Assembly: GCF_009914755.1 (NCBI RefSeq)
Contig: NC_060931.1
DNA: 64,000 nt
Origin: the human T2T-CHM13v2.0 reference genome, Homo sapiens
Direction: 5' to 3' (one strand)
The position numbers and the translations under genes were made by a program. The notes beneath the pieces were generated by a model. That model was given only the letters and a program-made list of their open reading frames with translations, had not been told where the DNA came from and did not search any database. Each line of letters begins with the position of its first letter. The stretch's first letter is position 1. Below, in pieces: positions 14,079 through 26,815 of the stretch.

Positions 14079-14410
14079 GGCCATGCATGGTGGCTCACAC
14101 GTATAATCCTAGCACTTTGGGAGGCTGAGGCAGGTGGATAACCTGAGTTTAGGAGTTCGAGACAAGGCTGGCCAACATGGTGAAACCCCGTCTTTACTAA
14201 AATTTAAAAAATTAGCCAGGCGTGGTAGCAGGCACCTGCAATTCCAGCTACTTGGGAGGCTGAGGCAGGAGAATTGCTTGAACCCGGAAAGAGGAGGTTT
14301 TAGTGAGCTGAGATCGAGATTGCACCATTGCACTCCAGCCTGGGCAACAAGAGAGGAAACTCAGTATAAAATAATAATAATAATAATAATAATAATCATC
14401 ATCATCATCC
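14079..14410 (+). mobile_element. AluS (Sx/Sq-like) with tail converted to (ATA)n(ATC)n
   Basis: Dimeric Alu body; tail ataataata...atcatcatc; flanks ataatccca / atcatccca. Confidence 0.95.
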
Positions 14411-15054
14411 CATGCATGAATTTCATTTTGTTCCATATTCATTTTCTATTATATTGGTAAAGTATTTATCTCTTAAATCTATTGTAGTTGCAGATGGAAA
14501 TAACTTAAGATGAGTGGATTAATACTCTGTGCCTCAATCTAGTTCTTCAGTTTAGGACTACAGGGCTTTGAAAAGAAACCTTGTATTGCCCACAAATGTT
14601 TTATTTAACTCCTTGATTTTCTGCGTCCCTACTAGTTTTGATGATTATGAAATATATGAATAAAATGAACACTGATTAAAAACGGCTTCTGACCCACTTC
14701 AAGGCAGAGGTCCTCTCTTCTCCAAAAATAAGTATAGCTTCACCAAATTCTTTGCTGAAACAATTTAAAAATATTCTTTTGATAGGTCTCAACCAACCAA
14801 ACGCAAAGATCTATATCAAACCAGTATCAGTTTATCACTGTTTAGTACTTTGGCTTATTATTATTTCTTCACACATCATTGTTTTCAGGATTATGATGAA
14901 AGCCTAAATTTATTAAGCAAAAAGTTTATTTCAATAATTGCGGACTTTACTTTTGACAAACATTTAAAATTATTTGGTTTGTTGTAAATTAAGTTGGCAG
15001 ACCATGAATGGCTTTTATGTCCTTTGATCTCAGAAACCTCAGTAAAAACTACAG

Positions 15055-18000
15055 TTTTATGATAGCTTTATTGAGACAAAATACATATATAATTCAGTTT
15101 TTTGAATTCAATGATTTTTAATGTAGTCACAGAGACATGCAGCCATCATTTCTATCCAGTATTAGAACATTATCATCACCCAAAAAGGGTTGCATCCATT
15201 AACATCACTTCCAATTCTCCCCTCCCCTAGTTCCTGGGTAGCCACTTATATACTTTCTGTCTCTAAGAATTTCTCTATTCTGGACATTTTATATAAATGG
15301 AATCATATGATATGTAATATATCTGTGAATAGCTTCTTTCAATCAATATAATATTTTCATGTCCATGAAACAGTATCAGTATCATGTATCAGTGACTCAT
15401 TCCTTTTTATTGCTGAGTAATATTCCAATGTGTGGATAAAGCGCATTTTGCTTATCCATTGATCATATGATAGGAAGTTAGGTTATTTTAAATTTTGGAC
15501 TATTATGAATAATGTTGCTATGAATGTATTTACGTATACTTTTTGTGTGAATATATGTTCTCTTTTTTTTTGGGTATGTACCTAGGAATGGGAATTTTGA
15601 CTTATATAATAACACTATGTGTAGCATTTTGAGGAACTGACAAGCTGTTTCCAAAGTGGCTGCACCTTTTTAAAAATCACATGAGCCATGAATGAGGGTT
15701 CTAATTTCTGCACATCCTCACCAACATTGAATGCTGTCTGTATTTTATATTATGGTCATTGTAATGAGGGTTAAGTGGTGTCTCATTATGGTTTTGATTT
15801 GCATTTTATGATGGCTAAAAATGTTGAGTATCTTTTAATGTCCTGATTGGCTATTTCTATACATTCATTGGTGAAATCTCTATTTGGATCCTTTGCCTAT
15901 TTCTTAAACTGAGTTATTTGTCTTTTCTGTTCAGTTGTACATTTTTATTATATATTCTAGATACAAGTCCTTTATCAGATATATTATTTGCAAGAATATG
16001 TTTAAGTAATAGATGGCATATTTTAAAGTACAAACATTTTTATATTGAATGATGTCCATTTTATCTATTTTTTTATTTGTCACATGTGATTTTGGTGTTG
16101 TGTTTATCAAATCATTGCCCAATCCAAGCATAAGAAGATTTTTCACTCATATTTTCTTCTCACAGTTTTATAGATTTAAATCTTAAGTTTAGCTCTTTGG
16201 CACATTTTGAGATAACTTTTGTATATGGTGTGAGGTAGGGATGAAACTTCAATCTTTTATAGTGAATATCTGGTTTCCCTAATGTCATTTATTGAAAGAC
16301 TATTCCTTCCCTATTGGATTATTTCTGTGCCATTGTCAAAAAGCAGTTAGGCATAAATGCATCTTTCTGGAATATTGTTCTATTTCATTTATTTATATAT
16401 CTATTTTTATGAATAGTACCACACTTTCTTCATTAGTAGCTTAATGGTTAGTTTCAAAATCAGGAAATGCACATTTGTTCTGCTTTCTAAATTGATTTTT
16501 AGATTGTTCTGCATCTTTTACATTTTTATATAAATTTTAAAATTAGTTTGCCAATTTCTCAAAAACATCAGTGTTGGATTTTGATAGGGGTGGTATTGAG
16601 CCTCCAGATCAATTTGGTGAATATTGCTATTTTAACAATAGTATGACTTCCCATTAATGAACATGATACATCTTTCCATATCTTTGGTCTTCTTTATTTC
16701 AACAAGACGTTTTTAGTATGTAATGTATAAGTTTTGAATTCCAATTGTTGAATTTGTTAAGTGTTTTATACTTTTTTAGTTATTGTAAATGCAATTTTGT
16801 TTTTGATTTCATTTACTAACTGTCCTTTGCAAAATATAAGCGTTTTTGCACATTGATTTTGTATCCTACAGTCTTGCTGCTTTTATTTATTAGTTCTCAT
16901 ATATATTTTGTGGTTCCTCAGATTTATATTTCTACCAATATTCTATTTACATTCACTTAGATAATCCCTGAAAAATCTTTAAGCTTTCTGTACAGCTCTT
17001 CTCTCCTTGTGAGTCCTTAACAGAATTACCCACAATGCTCCTTTCACCACAATACAGATATTCCCCGCATGTATTTCAAAACTGTCAGTGTCCACCTATT
17101 ACCTAATTCCAAAGCCACTTTTATATTTTCAGGTATTTGTTACAGCAACAGTCTCACTCCTCTCTACCAATTTTGTCATAGTTTATTTGTGTTGCTATAA
17201 CAAAATAAGTGACACTGGGTAATTTATAAATAACAAAAATTTATTTCTCACAGTTATGGAGGCTAAGCAGTCCAATATCAAGATGCCAGCAGGCTCAGTG
17301 TCTGGTAAGGGCTGATTCCTGCTTCCAAAATGGCACCTTGTTACTGCATCCTCTAGAGTGGACAAACACTATAACCTCCCAGGAAGAAACAGATAGAAGG
17401 GACTGACGGGGTAACTTGCCCAATCAATCTCTTTTATAAGGTGTTAATTCATTCATGATGGCAGGGTCTTTAATGGCCTATGGCCTAATCACCTTCTAAA
17501 GGCCTGACTTTTTAATATGGTTATATTGAGGATAAAATTTCAACATAAAATTGCAGGAGACATACACAATAAAACCATAGTAATCATATCGGTCTACAGT
17601 TTTCTTGTAACATTTCTGGTTTCGTCATGAGGTAAATTCTGACCTCATAAAATAAGCTTGGAGTTATTTACTTCTTTTGTATTTTGGGGGAGAGTTTGAG
17701 AGAGATTGCCATTCTCCTTTAAATGTTGAGTAGAATTCACAAGAGAAGCCATTTGATCTTGGGTTTTATTGTTGTTGGGAGGTATTTGATTACTAGATTT
17801 AGACTCTTTACTAGTTATAGTTCTGACAGAATTTGTTTCTTCTTAATTTAGTCTTGATAAGTTGTATTTTTCTAGAAATGTATTTATTTCTGTTAGTTAT
17901 CCAATTTGTAGGCAAATGATGATTCATCGTAAGAGTCACAGTCTCTTATAAACCTTTTAATTTCTGTAACTCAAATTTTGGTACCTCCTGTTTGTTTTCT

Positions 18001-21000
18001 TATTTTATTTATTTGTGTTTTCTTTCTTTTTTCATAATTAATCTGGCTAATAGTTTTTCAATTTTGTTAATCTTTTCAAAAAACCAAAGCTTAGTTTCCT
18101 TGATTTTCTGTTTTTTAAAATTATCTGTTCATTTCTATTCTCATCTTGATTCTTTCCTTCCTTCTTGTAACTTTGAGCTTAGCTTTTTCTATTTCCTTGA
18201 CATATAAAATGTTTTTCTTAAAAATTGAGATTGTTCCTCTTTTTAAAAGTTATCATTTATCACTATAAATTTCCCTCTTAGTTCTGTTTTTGCTGCATTG
18301 ATATGTCATGTTTTCATTTGCATTTCTCTCACAGTATTTTCTAATTTCCATTTTAATTTGTTATTTGATTCATTGGTTATTTAAGAGTGTGCCTCTTTAT
18401 TTTTTACATATTAGTGAATTTTATACTTTTCCTTCTGCCACTAATTTCTCATTTAGTTCCACTGTGATCAGAAAATATCCTTGGTATGATTTTAATCTTA
18501 AATTTTTAAAGAACTGTTTTGTGACCTAACATGGGATCTATCCTGAATGATGTTCTGTGTGCATTTGACCAATATGTGTATTCTGCTCTTTGGTGAAATG
18601 TTCTGTATATGTCCATAGATAGCATTGTTCAAGAATTTTTTTTTCTGATATTCTGTCTGAAGTCTATTTATTTTTGATAGGTTTTGAAACTCCCAACTAT
18701 TTTTTGTGGTCACTCTTGTTGTCTATTCCTTCATTTAGTTCCTTCAGTGTTTGCTTCATATATTTGAGTGTTCTGATGCTGGGTGCATATGTACCTATAA
18801 TTGCTATATCTCCCTGATAGATTGACCTTTTTCATCATTATATAATGTTCTTCTTTATTTGGTTTGACATTTCTTGAGTTAAAGTTTATTTTGTCTAATA
18901 TAAATATAGCCACCCTCACTTTTTTGGTTACCGTTTACATGGAATGTTATTTTTCACCCTTTTACTTGCAGCTTATATATGTTCTTAAATCTATAAGAAA
19001 TTCTGTTGGCAGCATGTAATTTGATCTCATTTTTTTTAATCCTTTCAGCCACTTTCTGTTTTTTAATTGGAGAGTTTCATCTATTTACATTTAAAGTAAT
19101 TATTGATAGTGAAGGTGTTACTGTTAATTGTCTTATAGAATTTTTGTCCCTCTTTTTCTCTCTTGCTCTCTTATTTGTGATTATTGTCTTTTTAGTGTCA
19201 CGTAGTAATCTCTCTCATTTCTTTTGTATATCTCCCATACATATTTTCTTTGTTGCTACTGTGAAATTTACATAAAACAGCATATAGTTATAACACTTTG
19301 TTTTAAGCTGGTAACAACTTCATTTACAAATATTCCTTTTACACACTTTATGTTATTGTTATAAAAATTACATCTGCTTATATTGTGTATCAATTAAAAT
19401 ATCTTTATAACTATTTTTTATTCCTTGTGATTTTAATTTCATACCAGAATAAAAAGTAATTTATGCACCACTATCAAAATAATACAGTACTCTGTATTTT
19501 TCTATATAATTACTTTTACCAAGAAACTTTTTATTTTTATATGTTTTTGTGTCACTTTTTATTGTTCTGTTGTTTGAACTTGAAGAATTCTTTTTAGCAT
19601 TTCTTGTAAGGCAGGTCTACTGGTAATGAACTTCCTTAACTTCGTTTATCTTAGAAAGTCTTTATTTCTCTTCATTTTTGAAGGATACTTTTGCAGATAT
19701 AGTATTCTTCATTGGTAATTTTTTTTCCAGCACTGTGAATGTATCATCTCATTCCATTCTGGCCTACAAGCATTCTGCCGAAAAATCCACTGACAGTCTT
19801 AAGGAAGTTCTCTTTGCATATAATGAGTCTCTTATCTCTTGCTGTTTTCAAAATTCTCTGCCTTTTATTTTTGACAATTTAATTATATTTTTTTAAGGTA
19901 TGGATTTCTTTGGGTTTATCCTAGTTAGAGACTATCGCACTTCTTGAATCTGGATGCCCATGTCCTTTTCCAGATTTTAGAAGATTTCAACCATTCTTCG
20001 AATCAGATTTCTTTTCTTCTCTTTACTCCTGCTGGGATAACTTCATGCATATATTAGTTCTCCCAATAGAGACCCATAAATCTCTAAGTCTTCCTTTACT
20101 GCTTTTATTCTTTTTTTATTATGTTACTCTGATTGGATAATTTCAAAGGACCTGTCTCTGAGTTTACTTCATCTTCCTTCTGCTTGATCAAGTCTACTAT
20201 CAAACCCCTATACTGAATGTTTTAGTTATTACATTTTTCAGCTCCAAAATATCTGTTTAATTTTTTATAGTTTCTTTTTTATGATATTCTGATTTTGTTT
20301 ATGAACAATTTTCTTGAGCTCATAGAACATCTTTATGATAGCTATGTTGAATTCTTTGTCAGATAATTCTTACACCTCTGTCCCTTTAGAGTCAATTTCC
20401 AGAGACTAATTTGTATCTTTGGTCCATGTTTCCCTGTTTTTCTTGTGTGCATCATAACTTTCTGTTGATATCTATATATTTTAAAATATAGGCACCTTTC
20501 TCTATTTTTATAGACCTCTTACTATCTTTATAGACTGACTTAGAAGAACCTCCACAATCAGCCTAGCTAATGATTCTGGGGATTCCTGATAAATTTTTTG
20601 GGGGGGTTATACAACTTCCCTGGGCTTGTGTGTGTAATTTCTGTGTTAGAGAGTATTGTCAATTTCTTTTTCAGCAGCTTGTAGTCTGTTCCTGTATTCG
20701 ATGTCTGCCTGTAGCACTGCAAATTCTCTGAGTCTACAGCATCAAGCCGCCCATTTCTCCTTTGTTCTTAGTAGCCATCAATAATTTCAAATATGTTGGC
20801 TTCCTATAAGTATCCAAATTAGGTGGAACAGATATCAGTCCCTTAGGAAGCCCTCTAAAGAGCCAAAATGCCAGTCATACTCTACTCCTCTCCATTCCTG
20901 GCAAGGAAGAAGCCTCAAATTATGTCCCTTCTCCTTATTACACTGAGTTGTGCTCGACACAGGAAGCCAATTCCTGCTCATCTTTGTTTTCAGCGGCCCC

Positions 21001-21372
21001 CAGGTATCCAAACTATGCGAGTTCCATCAGCATTCTGAATGAGGTGAGACAAAAACCTGTGCCCTGGGAAGCCCTTTTACAATCCAGAACGTTTGATAAT
21101 AACTCAACTCGTCTTTCCCCCTGAGGTTTAAGTTATGAGCCAGTGTTTTCTCTCCCAGAACTGAGCTATGAAGGCTTAGGAAGGGGGCTGTTGAATATAA
21201 AGTAAAATTTCTCTTCTTAAGCATTACGTGGCTGTTCTGGGTGTTGTGCTCACTTGGCATACAATAACTTCTTAACTGGATTCCAGAATTTTCACATAGG
21301 TATTTTGTTGTGCATACCATTAATTTAAATTTGTGATTCTGTGGAGAAATTAGGGCCATCTTGCTGATGTTA
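15055..21372 (-). mobile_element. Old L1 (L1MB-like): 3' UTR, ORF2 and ORF1 remnants, 5' end; interrupted at 16926-17582
   Basis: 3' end agctttattgaga...ttctggacattttatataaatggaatcata; minus-strand ORF2-like peptides (NDLINTTPK, VAIFILDKINF, ENSWEFQNLS); 5' end gccatcttgctgatgt. Confidence 0.85.
16926..17582 (-). mobile_element. MaLR (MLT1A/MST-type) LTR 17174-17582 plus about 250 bp of internal sequence
   Basis: ttgctataacaaaa...ctgggtaatttataaataacaaaaatttatttctcacagtt; internal ttccaaagccactttt...ttcaggtatttgttacagcaaca...taccaatttt. Confidence 0.85.
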
Positions 21373-23578
21373 TTCTCTCCTCCTTTTTACGTACGCATTT
21401 GAGAGTATAAATTTTCCTCTGAACACTGCTTTGCTGTATTCTATACTGTTTGGTATATTCACTTTTTAAATTAGACATCTTTAAGTATTTTCTTATTTTC
21501 CCATTATTTCTTCTTTGAAACATTATGTGTGTTGTTTCATTCTGACATATTTGAGAAATTTCCAATTTCCCATTGTTGATTTTCAATTTCATTCTAGTTT
21601 GGTTGGAGAACGTATAATATATGATTTAAGAATTTGTATGGCTTTCCATATAGTCTCACTTGGAGAATTTTCCTTGCGTACTTGAGAATAAAGTGTACAC
21701 TTCTGCTGCTGAATGAAGTGTTCTTGATATATCTGTTAGGTATATTTGGTTTATAGTATATTTCAAGACTTATTTTCTTGTTCATTCTCTATTTTTCCTA
21801 ACAATTATTGAATGTAAAGAATTAAAGTTTCCAACTATCATTATTGAATAATTTATTTTCCTTTTTAATTATGTCACATTTTCTTTCATATATTTTTGTG
21901 GTATATTGCTAGGTGCATACATGATTATAGTTGTAATTTTTCTGATTATTTAACTCTCATAATTCAGAAATGTCCTTTGTGCCCGATAGCCCTTTCTTTG
22001 TGTGTGTGATGTTACTATAACCACTCCAGCTCTTTTTATCACTGTATGAATGGGTATGTATTTTTCATCCTTCTGTAGTCAACTTATTTTTTATTTGAAT
22101 CTAAAATGTGTCTCTTCAAGAAACTGTGTAAATAAATTTTTTTTCATTCTTCCAATCTTTGACTTTTAATTGAGGTATTTAATCTATTTTACATTAAATA
22201 TACTTATTTATAAGGTAAGATTTATGCCTAGAATTTATTTTTTATGCGTCACTTAATTTTAATTCTCTATAGTCACCATTGTTTCCTTATATTAAATGGT
22301 ATTTTCTAGTGTATGATTTTCTTGTTTCTTTTACTAATATTTTCAAAAATTATTTTTTAATATTATTATATATTTATATTATTTTCTTATATTTCTAATT
22401 ATATATAATATATAATTATATATCCTATTGAAATTAGATTGTATTAATATGAGTTACATTGTTTTCAATTACAATATTAATTTTAATGGCCAGGGCAAAC
22501 CAATTATTTAAGAAAATAATTTTTAAAAATATTAGTAAAAGAAACAAGAAAACTAATGATACACTAGAAAATATTATTTAATACAAGATAAGGAAACAAT
22601 GAGACTATAGAGAATTAAAATTAATAAGTGACACATAAAAATAGCAAATTCTGGGCATAAATATTACCTTATAACTATATTTAATTAATATATTTATAAT
22701 TAAATATATATATTATATATAATTATATATTATAATTAATACATTCTAATTTCAGTAGTATGTATAATATATACTATATAGAGATTAGCCTGAGGAATAG
22801 AAATATATGTATATGTTCATATACATATATACTATATTCTGGGAGAGAACACACTGGCTCATAACTTATACTATATAGTATATATAGTATATATATATGT
22901 ATATATACACACACACATATATATATATAGCTCTGATATAGATACATTTTCTCCACCCTCCCTTGTGCTATTTATTGTCAAACAAATTATATCTTTGTAA
23001 ATCATAATCCCATAAGCATAGTTTTAAAATTACCTTTTATGCAATTGTCTTTGAAATTATGTAGAAGACTTTAAAATTATATTTATGCTGTATTTTACAT
23101 TTACCTTTGTAATTATCTTTTTCAATGCTTTTTATTCCTTCAAGTGGGTTCAGTTACTGTTTATTTTTATTTTATTATTTGTATTTTATTTTATCCTGAA
23201 GAACCCCCTTTAGCATTTCTTAAGTGGCAGCTCTGCTTAACAAAGCTCATTCTCATTTTTTTTTCTTTTCTGAGAATATCTTAATTTCTCTTTCATTTTT
23301 GAAGCACTTCTTTCCTTCATAAAGAATCCTTGTTTGACATTATTTTCCTTCAGCCCTTTAAATATGTCATTTGACTGCCTTTTCCCCCACCATTATTTCT
23401 GATAAGACATCAGCTGTTAATTGTACTGGGGAACCACATATTAATACATGATGAGGGTATTCTCTTACTTTTTTCATGTTCCTCTTTTTTAATTAGGCTT
23501 TTGACAGTTTGACTATGATGTATCTAGATACTGATATATTTAAGTTTATTCTGCTTGGATTTTGTTGAGGTTTTTGTA

Positions 23579-23983
23579 TGTTGGGAAAAAGCTGAGTGTT
23601 AGGAGGGAAACTGAGGCAGGGCTTGCATAATGACCTCTGGAAATGTGTCTAGACTTGCTGGCGCCTTGCTTCTAGCCTTCCTAGGCTCCTATTCCCATTA
23701 TCTCAAGTAGCAGAACATGCTCCATATAAATGCTAAACCGTCACAGCTGTGGATCATGCGCCTGCCCTTTATGACCTCCATATTCTCACCACCTGTTTCT
23801 TTGTTGGATCACCAATAAATACCGTGGGCTCCCAGAGCTTGGGGCTTTCGCGGCCTCCATATGGTAGCGATAGCTCTCCGCTGTCCCACTTTTTTTCTAC
23901 TCTCACTCTCCTTTTTTCAATCTTTTGACTTCGCTGGACTTTGGCACCCCCACGACCTGGTGTTGGGTTTGATCACCCCAACA
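23579..23983 (+). mobile_element. 5' LTR (LTR14 family)
   Basis: tgttgggaaaaagctgag...gatcaccccaaca; contains TATA-like catataaa and aataaa; direct repeat of 27539-28017. Confidence 0.88.
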
Positions 23984-23987
23984 TTCC

Positions 23988-24006
23988 TGGCTGCCCAATA
24001 GTGGGC
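23988..24006 (+). promoter_or_regulatory. Degenerate tRNA-Lys primer binding site
   Basis: tggctgcccaatagtgggc just after the LTR, versus HERV-K-type tggcgcccaacgtggggc. Confidence 0.7.
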
Positions 24007-24134
24007 GGCAAAGACCCCAGTGAAAGAACGCTAGAGCAGATGAAAGCGGAGAATGCATTTTCAAAGGACGCTCGACCTCTAAAAGAAGTTCGGTGGGAAA
24101 GCTGAGCGCTTGGAAGAACGAGGGGGGGGGGAAA

Positions 24135-24322
24135 AAGGGACAAAGTAAAAGCAAGCAAACTTTCTGCTTATCTCAATTTCTTAAGGCATTTATTATGAAG
24201 AGGGGGAGTGAAAGTTAGTACTCAGAATTTATCACTCTTCAGTGCAGTAAAACAGTTTCGTCCATAATTCTCAGAACAAGGGACTCTATGGAGTTGGATG
24301 AATGGGGGAGAACTGGCAGGGT
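24135..24322 (+). pseudogene. gag: Betaretroviral gag matrix N-terminal fragment; start codon lost, stops and frameshifts
   Basis: Manual translation: GQSKS..SAYLNFLRHLL*RGGVKVSTQNLSLFSAVKQFRP*FSEQGT.MELDEW. Confidence 0.8.
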
Positions 24323-24324
24323 TT

Positions 24325-25280
24325 TGTTACCAGTATAAACAATCGTGTAGCCCGAAAGCACAGACCACTGACAACCCGTAGCCTTCCTGTCAAATAATCG
24401 TTAACCCAGTAACCCGTGGATGGCCCAAATGCATTCCATCGGTAGAGGCAACTGCTTTGCTAACAGAAGAAAGTAGAAAAACAACTTTTAGAAGAAACCT
24501 CATTGTGAGTACACCTCACCAGAGCTATCCTAAGTGAAAGAGCAAAAAAAGTAGCTTACCCAATCCTAAAGTATGTGGCTATTCTGTTCAAAAAGGTGAT
24601 TTAACATTAACCGCTGAAAACTCCCTTAACCCAGCAGGTTTCCTAACGGGATTTAAATCTTAATTACCACACAAAAGTCCGACCAGACCTAGGAGGAACT
24701 CCCTTCAGGACAGGACTATAGAAGTTTCCAGGTGATTGAGGGGGAAAAAACAAAACAGGTATTCAGTAATTGATAGGCTTTTGTGAAAGTAGTTAGAAAA
24801 ATGGCCCAACAATTGGTCTGCTCAAAGGTGTGAGCTGTTTACACTCCGCCAAGCCTTAAAGTACACACAGAATCAAAACTTTCAATCCTGACTCAAAAGC
24901 TTGCCTACACCCTGTCAAACGAATTTGCATTAAGAACCGTTTATGGGAATGCATCTTGACGGGGAAGCTGGGTTGTTAGGAAATACTCAGGAACCCAGCC
25001 CAGCTCTAGAAATCACCCCTGAGCACAAAGGCAATGTCGGGCACGCTGGTAAAGGACCACTAATATCCAGCCCAGACCCATTTCTTTGTGGTCAAGAAAG
25101 GCAGGAAAAACGGGTGCAGGACTGCTACATAGGTGAGCGTAACTAATCCGATAAGCAGAGGTCCATGGGTGGTTACGCACCCTGGAAAGGAATAAGCATT
25201 AGCAACATATAGGACACTCTAGGACTTAATACTCATGGGACAATGACTAGGGGTGCTGGCAACTTTTTTTTTTTTTTCAA
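24325..25280 (+). pseudogene. HERV-W pre-gag region containing a class I (HERVIP10-like) pol connection-domain remnant
   Basis: Manual translation with frameshifts: PVAFLS..NPVTRGWPKCIPSVEATALLTEESRKTTF..NLIVSTPH..ILKYVAIL..DLTLTAENSLNPAGFLT; followed by a HERV-W-like leader. Confidence 0.7.
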
Positions 25281-26209
25281 ATGGGAAACGTTCCCTCCAA
25301 GGCAAAGACACCCCTAAGATGAATTCTGGAGAATTTGGCCCAAAGCGTATATACCTTTTTCCCTGTCCAACTCGAAGCAAATTAAAATAGACCTAGATAA
25401 ATTCTCAGATAACCCTGATGGTTATACTGATGTTTTACAGGGGTTAGGATAATCCTTTGATCTGACATGGAGAGAGATAATGTTACTGCTAGATCAGACA
25501 CTAACCCCAAATTAGACAAGTGCCGCCATAGCTGCAGCCTGGGAGTCCAGCGATCTCTGGTATCTCAGGTCAATGATAAGATGATAACAGAGGAAAGAGA
25601 ACAATTCCCTACAGGCCAGGAGGCAGTTCCCAGTGTAGACCCTCATTGGGACGCAGAAGCAGAACATGGAGATTGGTGCCGCAGACATGTAACTTGCTTG
25701 CTAGGACTAAGGAAAACTAGGAAGCCTATAAATTATTCAATGATGTCCACTATAACACAGGGAGAGGAAGAAAATCCTACCGCCTCTGGAGAGATGAAGG
25801 GGAGGCATTGAGAAAGCATACCTCTTGTTCACCTGACTCTATTGAAGGCCAACTAAATCTTAAATGGTGTTTATCTCTCGGTCAGCTGCAGATCTTTTGT
25901 AATAGAGATGAGGAGCAGGCTGAATGGGACAAACAGGATTTAAAAAACACTGCTTTAGTTACGGCCCTCAGGCAAGTGAACTTCGGAGGCTCTGGAAAAG
26001 GAAAAGGCTGGGAAAATCGAATGCCTAATAGGGCTTGCTTCCAGTGCGGTCTGCAAAGACACTTTAAAAAAGATTGTCCGAATAGAAATAAGCTGCCGCT
26101 TCGTCCATGCCGCTTATGTCAAGGGAGTCACTGGAAGACCCACTGCCCCAGGGGACAAAGGTCCTTTGAGTCAGAAGCCACTAATCAGATGATATAGCAG
26201 CAGGACTGA
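25281..26209 (+). pseudogene. gag: HERV-W-like gag, internally deleted, with two zinc knuckles
   Basis: atgggaaacgttccc start; KFSDNPDGY motif; ORF 25808..26197 contains CFQCGLQRHFKKDC and CRLCQGSHWKTHC; ends cagcaggactga. Confidence 0.85.
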
Positions 26210-26530
26210 GGGTGCCCGAGCCAAGCGCCAGCCCATGCCATCACCCTCATGGAGCCCCGGGTATGTTTGATCATTGAAGGCCAGGAGGTTAACTGTCTCG
26301 TGGACACTGGCGCAGCCTTCTCAGTCTTACTGTCCTGTCCCGGACAACTGTCCTCCAGATCTGTCACTATCTTGAGGGGTCCTAGGACGGGCAGTCACTA
26401 GATACTTCTCCCAGCCACTAAGTTGTGACTGGCGAACTTGACTTTTCACATGCCTTTCTAATTATGCGTGAAAGCACCACTCCTTTGTTAGGGAGAGACA
26501 TCCTAGCTAAAGCAGGGGCCATTATACACT
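26210..26530 (+). pseudogene. pro: HERV-W-like aspartic protease remnant
   Basis: ctcgtggacactggcgcagccttctcagtctta = LVDTGAAFSVL; TPLLGRDILAKAGAII. Confidence 0.85.
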
Positions 26531-26672
26531 AGAATTAGGAGAAGGAAAAAGGGTAAATATACATACAGACTCTGAGTATGCTTACCTAGTCCTCCATGCC
26601 CACGCAGCAATATGGAGAGAAAGGGAATTCCTAACTTCTGAGGGAACACCTATCACACATCAGGAAGCCATT
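26531..26672 (+). pseudogene. pol: Gammaretroviral RNase H fragment (RT deleted)
   Basis: ELGEGKRVNIHTDSEYAYLVLHAHAAIWREREFLTSEGTPITHQEAI. Confidence 0.85.
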
Positions 26673-26714
26673 AATTCTCCTTACCTCTGAGTCTACTTCC
26701 TCCGATCCCTGCCT

Positions 26715-26815
26715 AAAGATAATTCTATGCGGGAAAAGGATTTGCTTGTCTCTCCAGGTGACAATCAGTTGCCTATGTGGGTGCCCACCAAACATCTGAA
26801 GATCTATCATGGGCC
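26715..26815 (+). pseudogene. pol: Betaretroviral integrase C-terminus
   Basis: Manual translation: GFAC.SPGDNQLPMWVPTKHLKIYH. Confidence 0.75.

Noticed and set aside
14109-14460. ORFs with poly-I/Y/D runs, and similar ORFs at 28841-29178, 52711-53027, 53760-54140 and 60403-60585
   Set aside because: These are translations of Alu bodies and tails.
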